The position numbers and the translations under genes are program-made. A stretch of DNA of 32,000 bases from Bacillus subtilis subsp. subtilis str. 168. Its GTDB lineage: Bacteria > Bacillota > Bacilli > Bacillales > Bacillaceae. The stretch is from assembly GCF_000009045.1 (NCBI RefSeq), contig NC_000964.3:2880001-2912000 (forward strand). The letters run 5' to 3'. The notes below the pieces were generated by a model that worked only from the letters and a program-made list of their open reading frames with translations, searched no databases and had not been told where the DNA came from. Below, one piece after another: positions 30,012 to 32,000 of the stretch. How positions within the stretch are numbered: position 1 is the stretch's first letter; each line of letters begins with the position of its first letter.

Positions 30012-30746
30012 GGATGATTCCTCCTCAATTAATGTTCCCGCTTCGGTTTCTGTACTTGAACGCACTTCTAACGGCACTTGGTAATTTTTCGCGAACTCAA
30101 CTGCTCTCGGATGAAGAACACCGGCGCCTAAATTGGCAAGCTCAAGCATTTCATCGTATGAGATGCCCTCAAGTTTTCTCGCTGATTTCACATAGCGCGG
30201 ATCGGTTGTAAACACGCCTGGCACGTCTGTGTATATGTCACATTTATCAGCTTTTAAAGCGGCAGCCAAAGCAACTGCTGTTGTATCTGAACCGCCCCGG
30301 CCCAATGTCGTAATTTCACAATCCTCTGTCATGCCTTGGAATCCTGCAACAATGACAATTTTTCCTTTTTCAAGCTGGTCTGCTAAAACCGAAGTGTCGA
30401 TATCTGTAATTCTGGCGTTTCCGTGAATGGCCTCCGTACGGATTCCCGCCTGCCAGCCAGTATAAGACACAGCGTCATAGCCTTTTTCCTGCAATGCCAT
30501 TGAAAGGAGTGAAATCGTGACCTGCTCGCCTGTCGCCAGCAGCATATCCATTTCGCGTTTGCTCGGCTGGTCAGAAATAGCTTTTGCAAGGCTGACCAAT
30601 TCGTCAGTGGATTTTCCCATTGCTGAAACGACGACAACGACTTGATGGCCTTTCTGTTTTTCTGCAATTGCGCGGTTTGCCGCATTTTGAATTTTTTCGA
30701 CTGAGCCGACGGAAGTGCCTCCGAATTTTTGTACAATAAGACCCAT
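29520..30746 (-). CDS. lysC: Aspartokinase II, alpha subunit (lysine-sensitive)
   Basis: 408-aa ORF beginning MGLIVQKFGGTSVG, with C-terminal tandem ACT domains. Confidence 0.98.
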   Translation of the reverse strand: MGLIVQKFGGTSVGSVEKIQNAANRAIAEKQKGHQVVVVVSAMGKSTDELVSLAKAISDQPSKREMDMLLATGEQVTISLLSMALQEKGYDAVSYTGWQAGIRTEAIHGNARITDIDTSVLADQLEKGKIVIVAGFQGMTEDCEITTLGRGGSDTTAVALAAALKADKCDIYTDVPGVFTTDPRYVKSARKLEGISYDEMLELANLGAGVLHPRAVEFAKNYQVPLEVRSSTETEAGTLIEEESSMEQNLIVRGIAFEDQITRVTIYGLTSGLTTLSTIFTTLAKRNINVDIIIQTQAEDKTGISFSVKTEDADQTVAVLEEYKDALEFEKIETESKLAKVSIVGSGMVSNPGVAAEMFAVLAQKNILIKMVSTSEIKVSTVVSENDMVKAVESLHDAFELSKHPSAV

Positions 30747-30805
30747 GTATTACCACCCTTTACATTTTGGTTCGTGCGGGTGAGGAGAAAGAGCGCTTTG
30801 TCCAC

Positions 30806-30843
30806 AATAAAAAAAGCAATGAGAGGAATACTCTCATTGCTTA
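30806..30843 (-). terminator. L-box leader terminator upstream of lysC
   Basis: Minus strand AAGCAATGAGAG-tattc-CTCTCATTGCTT followed by TTTTTTT. Confidence 0.9.
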
Positions 30844-30874
30844 TCAATTAATCATCATAAATGATTATGAACAA

Positions 30875-31051
30875 CGAGATAGCCCTCCAAGAAAATGATT
30901 TCTTGACAGCCTTACATTTATTCAATGCACGGCCAGCAAATAATACCGATGGGGTTTTATTTGCTTCGGCGACGCTCCCCTTTCAGCCTTTTTCACAGAA
31001 TCCATCTTTCTCCAAAGGCATACTCTTGAAGTTCGCACCTCTATCTTCACC
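30875..31051 (-). promoter_or_regulatory. Lysine riboswitch (L-box) aptamer of the lysC leader
   Basis: The minus strand reads GGTGAAGATAGAGGTGCGAACTTCAAGAGTATGCCTTTGGAGAAAGATGGATTCTGTGAAAAAGGCTGAAAGGGGAGCGTCGCCGAAGC...GGCTGTCAAGAAATC...GGAGGGCTATCTC. This carries the conserved L-box cores (AGAGGTGC, GGGGAGCGTCGCCGAAG) and P1 closure AGATAG/CTATCT. Confidence 0.93.
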
Positions 31052-31084
31052 ATATAACACGATCTAACTATGAAATTAGTTCAC

Positions 31085-31113
31085 ATTTTATCAGATCTTA
31101 TTTAAAAGGACAA
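31085..31113 (-). promoter_or_regulatory. Candidate sigma-A promoter of lysC (-35 TTGTCC, 17 nt, -10 TAAAAT)
   Basis: TTGTCC is the reverse complement of 31108-31113 and TAAAAT of 31085-31090. It implies a leader of about 335 nt that covers the L-box. Confidence 0.65.
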
Positions 31114-31115
31114 CA

Positions 31116-32000
31116 TTATTTTTGCAATTTGTCGTAAAGGAGCTGAGCCGCCGCTGCGGGAACACCGGCTTTTTTGATGTCCTCAAGGCTTGCTTCCTTC
31201 ATTTTTTTAACGGAACCGAAATGCTTTAACAGCATTTTCTTTCTTTTCTCTCCGATACCCGGGATGTCGTCCAAAACGGATTGAAACGCGCTTTTTCCCC
31301 GGATTTGCCTGTGAAAACTGATTGCAAAACGGTGCACCTCGTCCTGAATGCGCTGCAGGAGGTAAAATTCCTGGCTGTTTCGTTCCAGATACGCCACCTC
31401 CAGCGGATCACCGATCAGTAAATTTGAGGTTCTGTGTTTTTCATCTTTCGCTAAACCGGCGATCGGGATATCCAAGCCGAGTTCATTTTCAATGACATCC
31501 CTTGCTGCGTTGATCTGCCCTTTTCCTCCGTCAATGATAATCAGATCGGGCAGCGGCAGATTCTCACGAAGCACTCTCGTATAGCGTCTTCTGACAACCT
31601 CTCTCATAGAACCGTAATCATCCGGCCCTGTAACAGTTTTGATTTTATATTTGCGGTATTCCTTTTTGTATGGTTTGCCATCGATAAACACAATCATCGC
31701 GGAAACCGGGTTTGTCCCCTGTATATTTGAGTTATCAAACGCTTCAATTCTGTGCGGCGTATAAATATTTAATGCCTCACCTAGTTTCTGCACTGCCCCG
31801 ATTGAACGCTCCTCGTCCCGTTCGATTAAAGAGAATTTTTCTTTCAATGCGATTTTCGCATTTTTATGGGCAAGCATGAGCAGTTCTTTTTTCGGGCCTT
31901 TTTTCGGCTGGTGAACGTTTGTTTCCAGTAGCTGCTCGATCATAGATTGATCTATGCTGTCCGGAACTAAAATCTCCTTCGGAAGGAAGTGGTTGTTTTT
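31116..32000 (-). CDS. uvrC: Excinuclease ABC subunit C, C-terminal part; the 5' end is beyond the window
   Basis: The minus-strand frame is open to the window end. An Endo V-like nuclease domain is followed by a C-terminal (HhH)2 motif, [35 protein letters not shown]. Confidence 0.95.
   Translation of the reverse strand, partial: KNNHFLPKEILVPDSIDQSMIEQLLETNVHQPKKGPKKELLMLAHKNAKIALKEKFSLIERDEERSIGAVQKLGEALNIYTPHRIEAFDNSNIQGTNPVSAMIVFIDGKPYKKEYRKYKIKTVTGPDDYGSMREVVRRRYTRVLRENLPLPDLIIIDGGKGQINAARDVIENELGLDIPIAGLAKDEKHRTSNLLIGDPLEVAYLERNSQEFYLLQRIQDEVHRFAISFHRQIRGKSAFQSVLDDIPGIGEKRKKMLLKHFGSVKKMKEASLEDIKKAGVPAAAAQLLYDKLQK

Noticed and set aside
30383-30847. 154-aa minus-strand ORF overlapping the lysC 5' end and leader
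   Set aside because: It is out of frame with lysC, starts within the leader terminator region, and has no SD.
30861-31067. 68-aa plus-strand ORF in the lysC-uvrC gap
   Set aside because: It lies exactly antisense to the L-box aptamer and has no SD. The region is explained by the riboswitch.

Overview
This window reads as a densely packed, fully syntenic stretch of Bacillus subtilis (168-like) core chromosome. Almost all genes are on the minus strand: engB(ysxC, partial)-lonA, lonB, clpX, tig, ysoA, the ilvBHC-leuABCD operon with its T-box leader, ysnB-ysnA-rph, gerM, racE-ysmB, gerE, ysmA, sdhCAB, lysC with its L-box riboswitch, and uvrC (partial). Only ysnD, ysnE, ysnF and yslB are on the plus strand. 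There is also a single tRNA-Arg(UCU). Every long ORF translates into a recognisable housekeeping, stress or sporulation protein. Intergenic spaces are largely accounted for by promoters, intrinsic terminators and two riboswitch-type leaders. I see no CRISPR array, IS or transposon, integrase, prophage remnant, toxin-antitoxin pair or defence-like gene, and no compositional island. I therefore do not find support for a previously undescribed multi-gene system here. The most unusual items are small. One is a roughly 50-65 nt relic of a second gerE-like (LuxR-type HTH) coding sequence just downstream of the gerE terminator. Another is a perfect 30-nt palindrome after ysnB that lacks a U-tract in the sense direction and abuts a consensus promoter for a tRNA-Arg without an encoded CCA end. 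A third is a candidate MarR-type operator overlapping the putative ysmB-racE promoter. The last is a sigma-K-type promoter with a GerE-like box in front of the low-complexity coat-like protein YsnD. Motif-level calls (promoters, operator boxes) come from reading hexamers by eye, with no computation or database search, and they are hypotheses.
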